NCBI GenBank assembly: GCA_050692985.1
Contig: JBOGVZ010000066.1
Location: 9,885-73,884, forward strand
Reading direction: 5' to 3'
Origin: Actinomycetota bacterium
GTDB taxonomy: Bacteria; Actinomycetota; UBA4738; CALAEC01
DNA: 64,000 nucleotides
Shown piece by piece: positions 29,334 through 38,522 of this stretch (the first letter of the stretch is position 1; each line of letters opens with the position of its first letter). Both the position numbers and the translations under genes were made by a program. A model generated the notes under the pieces. That model searched no databases and was not told the DNA's origin. It was given only the letters and a program-made list of their open reading frames with translations.

Positions 29334-31723
29334 GAGGGCGGCGGGCGGCCGGCCTCGTCGCCGATCGGTGCGAGCGTCCGGCGCCGCCGCCGTTCCACCC
29401 GCGCGGCCGCCAGCGCCGCGGCCACCAGGACCAGGAGGGCCCCCCCGGAGCCAGCCAGGCCGGCCACGATCGTGGGATCACGGTACCGGAGCCGGACCAC
29501 GTGGCGGCCGGCGGGAACGGCCACGGCCTGGAGTGTCGAGTCCGCCACCAGGACCGGGGTGGACCTGCCGTCCACCGTGGCCCGCCAGTGCCGGTCGAAG
29601 GAGGTCCGCACCAGCAGGACGGCGGGGGCCGGAGCGTCCACGACCACCTCGGCGTCCTCCGCTCCCAGGGCCCGGTACGCCGCCGTCCCCCCCGCGGCCC
29701 CGCCGGGGCTGACCCCGGGATCCTCCTGGAGCACCAGGTCGCTCGACGGATCGAAGGTGTCCGAGGCGACCAGGGCCAGGGCCGCATCGCCGTCCGGCAC
29801 GGCGGTCCATGCTCCGAACAGCGAGGCCCTCGGCCGGGCCGGCCCTCGCTGGAGGACCCACGGGCCCTCCCGGACCGCGGGGTGGAAACCCTCGACCGAG
29901 ACCGACGGGGGGCCCACGACCCACTCGACCTGGAGCAGGTCCAGGACCACCTCGTCCGGATCCGGGAACACGGTCACGTTGTACTTGGGAGGTGCGGGGG
30001 TCGTCCGCCGGCTGAACGACCAGAACCTCAGCGGCTGGACGGGGTTGTAGCCCTGGGCGTCCTCGAGCCCGAACAGCATGGCCCGCTGGTTGTCCATCAG
30101 CCCCTCCTGTCCGGGTGTCCACGGTCCCACGTACCCCTTGGACCGGGCCTCCCGGTCGGGCTGGAGGGTCAGGTACCGCCCGCCGCCCCCGGTGCGGAGG
30201 GAGCGGGCGATGGGGCCTTCCGCCAGGTACCGGGCCGGCTCGACGTCGGGCTCCTCCAGGTTCTCGAACGGCGTGACCCAGGCGACCTCCGAGGGGCTCG
30301 GCGCAGTGGAGACCTGCCCGCCGACGGCCTGGCCCACCAGGGCCCCCAGGGACAGCTCCACGGCCAGCACCGCCGGGACCACGGCCGCCATCGCCGCCCG
30401 CCGGGCCGACGCCGCCAGGGCGACGGCTCCCACCGCCCCCGCCCCCCAGGCCAGGGCCAGGTACCGGGGAGACACGCCCACCACCACTGGGAGCACCAGC
30501 CACACGGCGGCGCCCGGGGCCAGCATCCACCATCGCCGCCCGGCCGGTGCCGCCCGCCAGGCGTCGATCCCGATGGCCGACAGCACCGGGATCACCAGCA
30601 GCAGCCCGTACCGGAGTCGGGACGGAGCGTGCAGGTAGACGTCGCCATAGGGGATGGCCCGGGCCACCGGGGCCAGGGCCCGGGCCACCCCAGGCAGCGA
30701 CAGGAGGTAACACCCGCCACCGAAGGCGGCCATGGCCCCGGCCAGCGGCCGGTGACGGCGGCTCCACAGCGCCACCAGCGAGATCACCAGGGGAACGGCC
30801 CCCAGGTAGGCCCCCGGGGAGGTGGCGAACGTCAGCGGCCAGGCGAACCCTCCCGGTGCCCGGGGAAGCACGGCCGGGGGAGCGTGGTCGGACAGCCGGA
30901 TGGTCAGCTCGCGGAGGCCGTCGTACCCCAGGCCCAGCGTGGACGTGGCCACGTAGCCGAGCCTGGGGAGCAGGTAGGCCAGGTTGACCGGCACCAGCGC
31001 CGCCACGAAGACCACCCCCAGGACCACGGCCTGTGCGCCGCTCCGTCTCCCGGCACGGACGTCAGCCGTGGCGCGGGCCGTCCCGTACAGCAGCACCGCG
31101 GCGGTCCCCAGCGCCAGCCCGTGGCTGAGGTGGGCCGCGGCGAGCTGCCCCCAGGCCACCGCCGCCAGGGCCACCCATCCGAGCCGTGACGACCAGGTCG
31201 GGGCCCGGAGGGCCCGCGACGCCAGGGCCAGCAGCACCGCCGACCACGCCAGCGCCCCGGCCACGGGGAGCGAGACCGCAACGCGGGAGCCGGCGATGGC
31301 CATGGCCATCGCCAGCCCCCCCACCGTGGCCGCCACCCTGGACAGCTCCTCGGAGCGGAGGAACGCGTACATGGCCAGCCCGGCCAGGACCGGCTGGAGC
31401 ACCAGGAACGCCGGGAGGGCCGCGGCACACGGAAGGGCCGAGTACAGGGCCATGGTCGGCAGGTACATCCAGCCGGACTGCGGGTCCGCCGCCATGGGGA
31501 CGCCGGCCAGCACGTGCGGGTTCCACGCGGGGATGTCGCCGGCGGCCAGGCTGCGGCCCAGGAGGCAGTGGTTCGGCAGCCAGAACCCCAGGACGTCGTT
31601 CTGCTGCGAGGGGGCCATCCCGCCGAACGCGAAGTCGTGGAGGACCAGGAGGACGGCCAGGACGATCAGGGCCGGCCCGGCCGCGGCCCGGGCCACCGCC
31701 GGGCCCCGGGCCCGGACGCTCAC
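29330..31723 (-). CDS. YfhO-like GT-C family polytopic membrane glycosyltransferase
   Basis: GTG 31723 overlaps the upstream stop (GTGA). The N-terminus has ...FWLPNHCLLGRSLAAGDIPAWNPHVLAGVPMAADPQSGWMYLP..., followed by more than 10 TM helices, a soluble domain of about 300 aa and a terminal TM helix. This is YfhO architecture as I recall it. Confidence 0.65.
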   Translation of the reverse strand: MSVRARGPAVARAAAGPALIVLAVLLVLHDFAFGGMAPSQQNDVLGFWLPNHCLLGRSLAAGDIPAWNPHVLAGVPMAADPQSGWMYLPTMALYSALPCAAALPAFLVLQPVLAGLAMYAFLRSEELSRVAATVGGLAMAMAIAGSRVAVSLPVAGALAWSAVLLALASRALRAPTWSSRLGWVALAAVAWGQLAAAHLSHGLALGTAAVLLYGTARATADVRAGRRSGAQAVVLGVVFVAALVPVNLAYLLPRLGYVATSTLGLGYDGLRELTIRLSDHAPPAVLPRAPGGFAWPLTFATSPGAYLGAVPLVISLVALWSRRHRPLAGAMAAFGGGCYLLSLPGVARALAPVARAIPYGDVYLHAPSRLRYGLLLVIPVLSAIGIDAWRAAPAGRRWWMLAPGAAVWLVLPVVVGVSPRYLALAWGAGAVGAVALAASARRAAMAAVVPAVLAVELSLGALVGQAVGGQVSTAPSPSEVAWVTPFENLEEPDVEPARYLAEGPIARSLRTGGGGRYLTLQPDREARSKGYVGPWTPGQEGLMDNQRAMLFGLEDAQGYNPVQPLRFWSFSRRTTPAPPKYNVTVFPDPDEVVLDLLQVEWVVGPPSVSVEGFHPAVREGPWVLQRGPARPRASLFGAWTAVPDGDAALALVASDTFDPSSDLVLQEDPGVSPGGAAGGTAAYRALGAEDAEVVVDAPAPAVLLVRTSFDRHWRATVDGRSTPVLVADSTLQAVAVPAGRHVVRLRYRDPTIVAGLAGSGGALLVLVAAALAAARVERRRRRTLAPIGDEAGRPPPS

Positions 31724-33066
31724 GCGGCCGTGGTGGCCGGTGCCCGTGATCCGCGAGTGGCCGGCACCCGGGCCTTGAAGATCATCTCGGAGCGCCCCAC
31801 GTAGCGGCACTCGAGCACCTCGAGCCCCAGCTCCTCCCGGAGCTGCCGCTCCAGCCCGTCGTGGGTGTACCGGTTGATGTGCTCCTTGGCGTACCCACCC
31901 GGGAACACCCGCCCGTAGGTCCACTCCAGCACCCGCCACAGGCGCCGCCCGTAGTCGGGCGTCCCCAGGACCAACAGGCCACCGGGGCGGACCACCCGGG
32001 CCAGCTCCTCCAGCCGCACCTGCTCCCGAGGCACGTGCTCGATGACCTCGGAGCAGATGACGGCGTCGAACGAGGCGTCGGGGAAGGGCAGATGGTTCAT
32101 GTCCGCCTGGGCCAGGTGCCGCCCCGGCCCTCGGAGCCACCGCAGCTTCCGGGAGGCCACGTCCACCCCCACGCCCTGGGCCAGCATCTGCACGATGCGG
32201 CTGGAGCCGCATCCGATGTCCAGCACCCGCCCGGCCTCGGCCACGAAGTCGCTGACGATCCGGAACCGCCGCCGCTGCCAGTACCGCTGGAGCGGGATCC
32301 ACGAGTCGAACGCGCGGTCGTCGTAGTCGGCCGCCCGGACCGAGTTGCGGAGGGCGAACAGCCGGCCCAGGCTCCGCAGGTAGCCGAACCCCAACCGGAC
32401 CATGCGGGTCCTGGTCCACGGCCCCGCTCCCCGGTACCAGATCGGTACCTCGGCGATCTTCCACCCCTGGCAGAGCGCCTTGACCGCCATCTCCGGCAGC
32501 ACGTCGAGTCCCCCGGAGGTGGGGAGCCCGATGTCCTCCAGGACCCGGCGGTGGTACAGGCGGAACCCGCTCGAGAGGTCCCGGTACGGCAGCGAGAGCA
32601 TCGTTCGGTAGACGAAGTTGAGGAGCCGGCTGGCCACCCGCCGCACGAGCTGAAGCTCGGCGTGGGCCCCGGGGACGTACCTCGATCCCAGGAGCACCTC
32701 ACCCCGGTGGCGGTGGTGCCACATGGTCCGGATGTAGCCCGGCCGGTGGGAGAAGTCGGCGTCCAGCGTCACCACGTACCGCCCCCTGGCCCGGCGCAGG
32801 CCCTCTCGCAGGATCTCCCCGTACCCGCCTTCCGAGGAGGCCACGAACGAGGCCCCCAGCGCGGTGCTCAGCTCCCGCAGGTGGGTGCCCTCGGGGCCGC
32901 CGGCCACCACGACCTCCCGGTCGAGCTCCAGCGAGTCCACCGCCGCCGCCAGCGAGGGGATGAGCCGGGGGAGGTTGTGCTCCCCGGCCCACACGGGGAT
33001 CACGATCGAGAGCGTCGGGCTCGCCACGCTTGTTGGAGTATCCGTCTCCGCGCTCCCGTAAACCAA
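31720..33066 (-). CDS. Fusion of a polyprenol-phosphate sugar synthase-type GT2 and a class I SAM-dependent methyltransferase
   Basis: N-terminal half: LSIVIPVWAGEHNL...YVVTLDADFSHRP (DPM1/Ppm1-like DxD motif). C-terminal half: VLDIGCGSSR...DAVICSEVIEHV...PGGLLVL (methyltransferase motifs I-III). Confidence 0.8.
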   Translation of the reverse strand: MVYGSAETDTPTSVASPTLSIVIPVWAGEHNLPRLIPSLAAAVDSLELDREVVVAGGPEGTHLRELSTALGASFVASSEGGYGEILREGLRRARGRYVVTLDADFSHRPGYIRTMWHHRHRGEVLLGSRYVPGAHAELQLVRRVASRLLNFVYRTMLSLPYRDLSSGFRLYHRRVLEDIGLPTSGGLDVLPEMAVKALCQGWKIAEVPIWYRGAGPWTRTRMVRLGFGYLRSLGRLFALRNSVRAADYDDRAFDSWIPLQRYWQRRRFRIVSDFVAEAGRVLDIGCGSSRIVQMLAQGVGVDVASRKLRWLRGPGRHLAQADMNHLPFPDASFDAVICSEVIEHVPREQVRLEELARVVRPGGLLVLGTPDYGRRLWRVLEWTYGRVFPGGYAKEHINRYTHDGLERQLREELGLEVLECRYVGRSEMIFKARVPATRGSRAPATTAA

Positions 33067-33153
33067 GCCCGCTCACCCCCCGCGAGCACCTCGCCACCCG
33101 TTGGTAGACTGGCCCGGATGCCGGGATCCCCCTCCCTCGCCGAAGGAGACCCC

Positions 33154-34011
33154 ATGGACACCGCCCAGACCCCCACCGGCACCGACCGCCGGGAGCTGAT
33201 CCACCGCCTGGAGGACATCGCCCGGGAACTGCGGATCATGGACATCGAGATGCTCACTGAGGCCGGGTCGGGCCACCCCGGGGGGACGCTGTCCGCGGCC
33301 GATTTGGTGGCCGCCCTGTACTTCTCGAAGATGCGCCTCCGGCCCCAGGAGCCGGACTGGCCAGACCGGGACCGGTTCGTGCTCTCCAAGGGCCACTGCA
33401 TCCCGATCGTCTACGCGGCCCTGGCGAAGCTGGGGTTCTTCGAGGCGGACCAGCTGAAGACGCTCCGCAAGCTGGGGTCGCCGCTCCAGGGCCACCCCGA
33501 CCGCACCCGGCTGCCCGGGATCGAGGCCTCCACCGGCTCGCTGGGCCAGGGGCTGTCGATCGCCGTGGGCATGGCCCTGGCCGGCAAGCTCGATGGGGCC
33601 TCCCGGCGGGTGTACTGCATGATGGGCGACGGCGAGATCCAGGCCGGCCACATCTGGGAGGCGGCCATGTTCGCCCCCCGGCACGGGCTCGACAACCTGT
33701 GCGCGATCGTCGATGCCAACCAGGTCCAGCAGACCCGCAAGGTGGTGGAGATCCTCGACGAGGAGCCCCTGGTGGCCAAGTGGCGGGCGTTCAACTGGCA
33801 CGTCCGCGAGATCAACGGGCACGACATGGGGGAGATCGTCGACGCCCTCGACGAGGCGGAGCTGGTCACGGGACGGCCCACGCTGATCGTGGCCCGCACG
33901 GTGAAGGGGAAGGGCGTGTCGTTCATGGAGCTCGATCCCGGCTGGCACGGCAAGGCCCCCGACGCCGAGACCGCCGAGGGAGCGCTGGCCGAGCTCCGGG
34001 CGGAGGGCTGA
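33154..34011 (+). CDS. Transketolase, N-terminal (TPP-binding) subunit of a split enzyme
   Basis: GAAGGAG ribosome-binding site, ATG 33154. Motifs GHPGGTLSAADL...LSKGH...GSLGQGLS...GDGEIQAG are present. Confidence 0.9.
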   Translation: MDTAQTPTGTDRRELIHRLEDIARELRIMDIEMLTEAGSGHPGGTLSAADLVAALYFSKMRLRPQEPDWPDRDRFVLSKGHCIPIVYAALAKLGFFEADQLKTLRKLGSPLQGHPDRTRLPGIEASTGSLGQGLSIAVGMALAGKLDGASRRVYCMMGDGEIQAGHIWEAAMFAPRHGLDNLCAIVDANQVQQTRKVVEILDEEPLVAKWRAFNWHVREINGHDMGEIVDALDEAELVTGRPTLIVARTVKGKGVSFMELDPGWHGKAPDAETAEGALAELRAEG

Positions 34012-34946
34012 TGGCGACCGCCACGCGGGACGCGTTCGGGGAGGCGCTGCTGCGCATCGGCGCCGACGAGCGCATCGTGGTCCTGACCGGCGACCTGCGC
34101 GACTCCACCCGCACGGAGGACTTCGGCGAGACGTACCCGGACCGGTTCTTCGACGTGGGCATCGCCGAGCACAACCTGTTGGGGGTGGCCGCGGGGCTGG
34201 CCCTGTCCGGGAAGATCCCCTGGGCCGCCTCGTTCTCGTGCTTCGTCACCGGGCGGTTCGAGGTCGTCCGGGTGACCGTGGCCTACCAGGAGGCCAACGT
34301 GCGGATCGTGGGGACCCACGCCGGCATCGGGGTCGGGGAGGACGGGTACTCCCAGATGGCCCTGGAGGACATGGCCGGGATCAGGGCCCTGCCCAACGTG
34401 GCCATCGTGAACCCGTGCGACGCGGTGGAGACCGAGCGGGCTGTCGAGTACCTGGTGGACCATGTGGGCCCGGCGTTCCTGCGGCTGACCCGGCAGAAGG
34501 TCGACGACGTGAACGGGGAGGGGTACCGCTTCGAGTTCGGCAGGGCCGTGCAGCTCCGGGACGGTTCGGACGTGGCCATCGTGGCCACCGGGGCCGCGGT
34601 GCAGGAGGCCCTGAAGGCCGCGGACGCCCTGGCGGGCGACGGGGTGAGCGCCCGGGTGCTCAACGTCCACACGATCAAGCCGCTCGACGAGGATGCCGTG
34701 CTGGCGGCGGCCTCGGACTGCCGGGCCGTGGTCACCGTGGAGGACCACAGCGCCTGGGGGGGCCTGGGAAGCGCCGTGGCGGAGCTCCTGGCAACCCGGA
34801 CCGACGGAGCTTCGGCGCCGCTGCGGATCATCGGGACCCGGACGTTCGGCGAGTCCGGAACCTCCGAGGAGCTGTACGAGAAGTTCGGGCTCAGTGGGGC
34901 CCGCGTGGCCGCCACCACCCGAGCCTTCGTAGAGGAGCTCGCCTAG
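34011..34946 (+). CDS. Transketolase, C-terminal (pyrimidine-binding) subunit
   Basis: ATG 34011 overlaps the upstream TGA. Motifs ...FDVGIAEHNLLGVAAGLA...GTHAGIGVGEDGYSQMALEDMA... are present. Confidence 0.9.
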   Translation: MATATRDAFGEALLRIGADERIVVLTGDLRDSTRTEDFGETYPDRFFDVGIAEHNLLGVAAGLALSGKIPWAASFSCFVTGRFEVVRVTVAYQEANVRIVGTHAGIGVGEDGYSQMALEDMAGIRALPNVAIVNPCDAVETERAVEYLVDHVGPAFLRLTRQKVDDVNGEGYRFEFGRAVQLRDGSDVAIVATGAAVQEALKAADALAGDGVSARVLNVHTIKPLDEDAVLAAASDCRAVVTVEDHSAWGGLGSAVAELLATRTDGASAPLRIIGTRTFGESGTSEELYEKFGLSGARVAATTRAFVEELA

Positions 34947-35093
34947 GCTTCCCCGGAGGCCCGGGGCTTGGCCCCCACCGCCGGGGTCACCGCGGTCAGA
35001 TCCGATCGCAGCTGCGCCATCTCCCGCCAGAGTTCGCGGATGTCCGCCCTGATCTGCTGCATGCGTGGCGTACCACGCCGGATCGTTCGGCCT

Positions 35094-36431
35094 TCAGCGC
35101 CTCCGGAACAGTGGCAAGCAGAACTCGTTCGTGCAGTGGGCCACGCTGAGCCCGTCGAGGACACCGCCCCCCTCTTCCTGGAGGCCGCCTCGGAAGGCGA
35201 TGATCGGGAGTCCGTCCGCCCCGAGGGTCACCGAGGGGGTTTCCCAGTTCGTCTCGGAGACGAGCGCGTAGGTGGCCGACGAGCACAGCACGTCGGTGCA
35301 GTGCGCCAGTCCCTGGGAGGTCGGGCCCGCCCGGAACTGCCCCACGAAGATGGGGAGGCCGTCCACCCCCACGGTCAGCGATTGCGGGATCGGGATCTGG
35401 GCGGATCCGGGAGGACAGCACTCCTCGTCGGGGACGGCACCGGCGGTGGTGAACGTGGCAGACAGGCAAGCCACGTCGTCGCAGTGCGCGAAGGGACCGA
35501 ACCGCCCGATCAGCGGCAGTCCGTCGGAGCCGATCACGATCGAGGTCACCGCGGCGAAGTCCTGGACGGGTGGGCCGAGGTCGGTGATGGCCGGGCCGTC
35601 GCAGAAGGACGGATCGTCGCCGTCGGCGGGGGCGCAGTAAGCCGCTCGGAGCTGGGCGTTCCCCGCCGGGCCGGCCAGGTAGGCGATGATCGGGATCCCG
35701 TCAGCCCCGGTAGCGACGGTGGTGCCCCGCCCCGCGTCCCCGTTCGCATCCACCGTCACGATGGTCTCGTTGCCGCCCGCGCACGCCGGGTCGTCGCACA
35801 GCGCGGCCTTGAGGTCCCCGTTGGTGGCGTCGTAGTAGGAGATCACGGGGCCCGCGGGGACGGGAGTCGCACCGGGCGGTGCGTCTGGAGCCGTCCGGAT
35901 CTCGGGTGCGATGGTCACGGAGGGCGATCGGCCCACGTTCCCGGCCGTGTCGACCCTGGCGTGCGTGGCCGAGGTGCAGGCCACATCGTTGCAATGGATC
36001 GCCATGAGGTCGGCCGTGCTGCCCTTGTAGTAGGGGATCAGCGGAAGGCCATCCGCGCCGATGGCCACGCTCAGCGGGGGGTTCTGTTCGGCGGCCGGTC
36101 CGGTCTGCGTCTCTACCGGTCCCTCGACGTCCTTGGCCAGCGTGGTGATGGTGGCCGACGTGCAGGCCGCGTCGTTGCAGTGGGCGGCCTTCAGGTCTCG
36201 ACGGGGCCGGTCCGTCGGGCCCGCGAGGTAGACGATCAGCGGGAGCCCATCGGTCCCGATGGTGATCACGCTGCCCACCCCGGCGCCCACGCTGGTGTCC
36301 AGGGTGGCGATCGTGTTGTCGGCCGGCGCGCCCCGGTTCGGAATGCTCGCCAGCACGACGGTCCCGACCAATGCCACGCCGAGGGCCACGCCGAGGATCG
36401 TAGACAGACGCTTCGAGCGGTTTGCGGACAT
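35094..36431 (-). CDS. Secreted/anchored protein with seven repeats, each ending in H-C-x-D-x-x-C (predicted beta-propeller); family unknown to me
   Basis: Signal anchor (LSTILGVALGVALVGTVVLA), then 7 units of the form ...(T/S)(V/I)xIGxDGLP(L/I)Ixx......L(K/R)xAHCxDxxC(T/S)SAT... Start is ATG 36431 or 36443. Confidence 0.7.
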   Translation of the reverse strand: MSANRSKRLSTILGVALGVALVGTVVLASIPNRGAPADNTIATLDTSVGAGVGSVITIGTDGLPLIVYLAGPTDRPRRDLKAAHCNDAACTSATITTLAKDVEGPVETQTGPAAEQNPPLSVAIGADGLPLIPYYKGSTADLMAIHCNDVACTSATHARVDTAGNVGRSPSVTIAPEIRTAPDAPPGATPVPAGPVISYYDATNGDLKAALCDDPACAGGNETIVTVDANGDAGRGTTVATGADGIPIIAYLAGPAGNAQLRAAYCAPADGDDPSFCDGPAITDLGPPVQDFAAVTSIVIGSDGLPLIGRFGPFAHCDDVACLSATFTTAGAVPDEECCPPGSAQIPIPQSLTVGVDGLPIFVGQFRAGPTSQGLAHCTDVLCSSATYALVSETNWETPSVTLGADGLPIIAFRGGLQEEGGGVLDGLSVAHCTNEFCLPLFRRR

Positions 36432-36866
36432 CCCCTTTCCCATGGGTGATGCCCCCTTCCGGCCGTAGAGCATTGTCTTCCTCCGAACGGCCCGGGTCAA
36501 CCCGACGAGTTGACTCACTAGAACTCTCCTCGGAATCCCATCGTTGCCTCACGTGAACAAGTCCCCGCAGGCCTGAGGCCGCTGGCGGGGGTGGCCCGGG
36601 GGGTGCGGTGGGACCTCCGATGGCCGACGGAGAGGGGTGACCAGGCACGTGGCCAGAGCTACGATAGGGCCGGCAAGGGGAGAAGGGGCGATGCTCGACG
36701 AGCTCTGTGCCCTGGGCCACCCTCCCTGTCGTTCGAGGACGCGGTCGCCATCGCCAACCAGGTGGCCTAGCCTGGGAAGCGCCTCGCCGAACGGATGTTT
36801 CCCTTCGCCCCCGGGGTCTGGTAGCATGCGCGGCGTTCGTTGCCCGCTTCTTTCTCCAGAGTGCTC

Positions 36867-37553
36867 ATGATCAAGACCGAACACGTCACCAAGATCTACA
36901 AGGACTCCGTCGTCGCCCTCGAGGACGTCTCGATCGAGGTCGAGAAGGGGGAGTTCGTGTTCGTGGTGGGCCCGTCCGGCTCGGGCAAGTCCACGTTCAT
37001 CCGGCTACTCCTGAAGGAGGAAGAGCCCAGCCGCGGCAACATCTTCGTCGCCGGCAAGAACATCGCCAACCTCTCGCCGTGGAAGGTGCCGTACCTGCGC
37101 CGGAACATCGGGACCGTGTTCCAGGACTTCAAGCTGCTGCCCGACAAGACCGTGTTCGAGAACGTGGCGTTCGCCCTGGAGGTGATCGGCAAGGGCCGGC
37201 ACGTGGTGGACCGGCGGGTGCCGGAGATCCTGGAGCTGGTGGGGCTGGGCGACAAGCTCAACAACTATCCCGAGGAGCTGTCCGGGGGCGAGCAGCAGCG
37301 GGTGTCGATCGCCCGGGCGTTCGTCAACCGGCCCCTGATCCTGCTGGCCGACGAGCCCACCGGCAACCTCGACCCCTCCACGTCCGTGGACATCATGAAG
37401 CTGCTGGACCGGATCAACCGCACCGGGACCACGGTCATCATGGCCACCCACGACAACGCCATCGTGGACGCCATGAGGCGGCGGGTCGTGGAGCTGGAGA
37501 AGGGGCAGGTCATCAGGGACCAGGCACGAGGGGTGTACGGCTATGGGGCGTAG
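36867..37553 (+). CDS. ftsE: Cell-division ABC ATPase FtsE
   Basis: [12 protein letters not shown]..., Walker [10 protein letters not shown], the signature LSGGEQQR, and Walker [12 protein letters not shown]. Confidence 0.95.
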   Translation: MIKTEHVTKIYKDSVVALEDVSIEVEKGEFVFVVGPSGSGKSTFIRLLLKEEEPSRGNIFVAGKNIANLSPWKVPYLRRNIGTVFQDFKLLPDKTVFENVAFALEVIGKGRHVVDRRVPEILELVGLGDKLNNYPEELSGGEQQRVSIARAFVNRPLILLADEPTGNLDPSTSVDIMKLLDRINRTGTTVIMATHDNAIVDAMRRRVVELEKGQVIRDQARGVYGYGA

Positions 37554-38424
37554 GTTCGGCTACTTCTTCCGGGAGACCGGGGCGGCCCTCCGGCGCAACG
37601 CGCTGGTCACGTTCGCGGCCATCTCTACGGTGTTCATCTCGCTGTTCCTCCTGGGGGGCTCGCTCCTGGTGGAGCGGCAGGTCCGGCTGATGACCGGGGA
37701 GTGGGCCTCCAAGGTCGAGGTCTCGGTGTTCCTCCGCGACGACGCCTCGGAGGCGGAGATCCAGGCCCTGGGCGAGAAGGTCAACGCCATCCCCGAGGTC
37801 GAGCGGTCGTTCTTCGAGACCAGGGAAGAGGCCTGGGAGAACTTCCAGGAGCTGTTCCGCGACTCTCCGGCCCTGATCCAGAACGTGGACCCCGAGGCCC
37901 TGCCGCAGTCGTACCGCATCAAGCTGACCGACCCTGCCAAGTTCGAGGTGATCCGGGCCCGGCTGGCCGGCGAACCGGCCATCAACGAGGTCCGTGACGA
38001 GCAGGCCGTGCTCAAGAAGCTCCTGGCGGTCACCGGGGTCCTCCGGACCGGGGTGCTGGCGGTGGCGGTGATCATGCTGCTGTCGGCGGCCGGGCTGATC
38101 GGGAACACGGTGCGGATGGCCGTGTTCGCCCGCCGGAAGGAGATCGCCATCATGAAGCTGGTGGGGGCCACGAACTGGTTCATCCGGGTCCCGTTCCTGA
38201 TCGAGGGGATGGTCGAGGGTCTCATCGGAGGGGTGGTGGCCGTCCTGGCCATCTTCTCGATGAAGTTCCTGTTCATCGACCCCCTGCGGGGCCAGGTGGG
38301 GTTCGTCCACGCATGGATCGACACGCCCGAGATCCTGTTCACCGTGCCCATCCTCCTGGGGGCCGGCGTGCTGATCGCCGCCGTGGCCAGCCTGCTGGCC
38401 ATGCGCCGGTTCCTCGAGGTCTGA
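37543..38424 (+). CDS. ftsX: Cell-division permease-like protein FtsX
   Basis: Overlaps the ftsE end. It has one TM helix, a periplasmic domain, then three TM helices with the conserved ...[22 protein letters not shown]... motif. Confidence 0.9.
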   Translation: MGRRFGYFFRETGAALRRNALVTFAAISTVFISLFLLGGSLLVERQVRLMTGEWASKVEVSVFLRDDASEAEIQALGEKVNAIPEVERSFFETREEAWENFQELFRDSPALIQNVDPEALPQSYRIKLTDPAKFEVIRARLAGEPAINEVRDEQAVLKKLLAVTGVLRTGVLAVAVIMLLSAAGLIGNTVRMAVFARRKEIAIMKLVGATNWFIRVPFLIEGMVEGLIGGVVAVLAIFSMKFLFIDPLRGQVGFVHAWIDTPEILFTVPILLGAGVLIAAVASLLAMRRFLEV

Positions 38425-38522
38425 GCCGCCCGAGCCCCACGGTCGTTGAACGCCGCGGCCGGGGCGTCTACCATGGCCTTCCCCCGCGGACCCGTCCCCC
38501 CACGGACCTGAGAGGCAGCCAC

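Noticed and set aside
34943-35062. 39-aa ORF (MQQIRADIRELWREMAQLRSDLTAV...) in the convergent gap between the transketolase C-subunit gene and the repeat-protein gene
   Set aside because: It has no ribosome-binding site and overlaps the transketolase stop. It lies where terminators for the two convergent genes are expected (6-bp hairpin at 35063-35078). The helical-looking peptide alone is not enough evidence.
38425-38522. Cyclic-di-AMP (ydaO-type) riboswitch upstream of the M23 peptidase, and a SAH riboswitch upstream of ahcY
   Set aside because: The M23 leader is only about 98 nt and lacks the conserved ydaO core strings I know. The ahcY gene is separated from punA by only 10 nt, leaving no room for a riboswitch.
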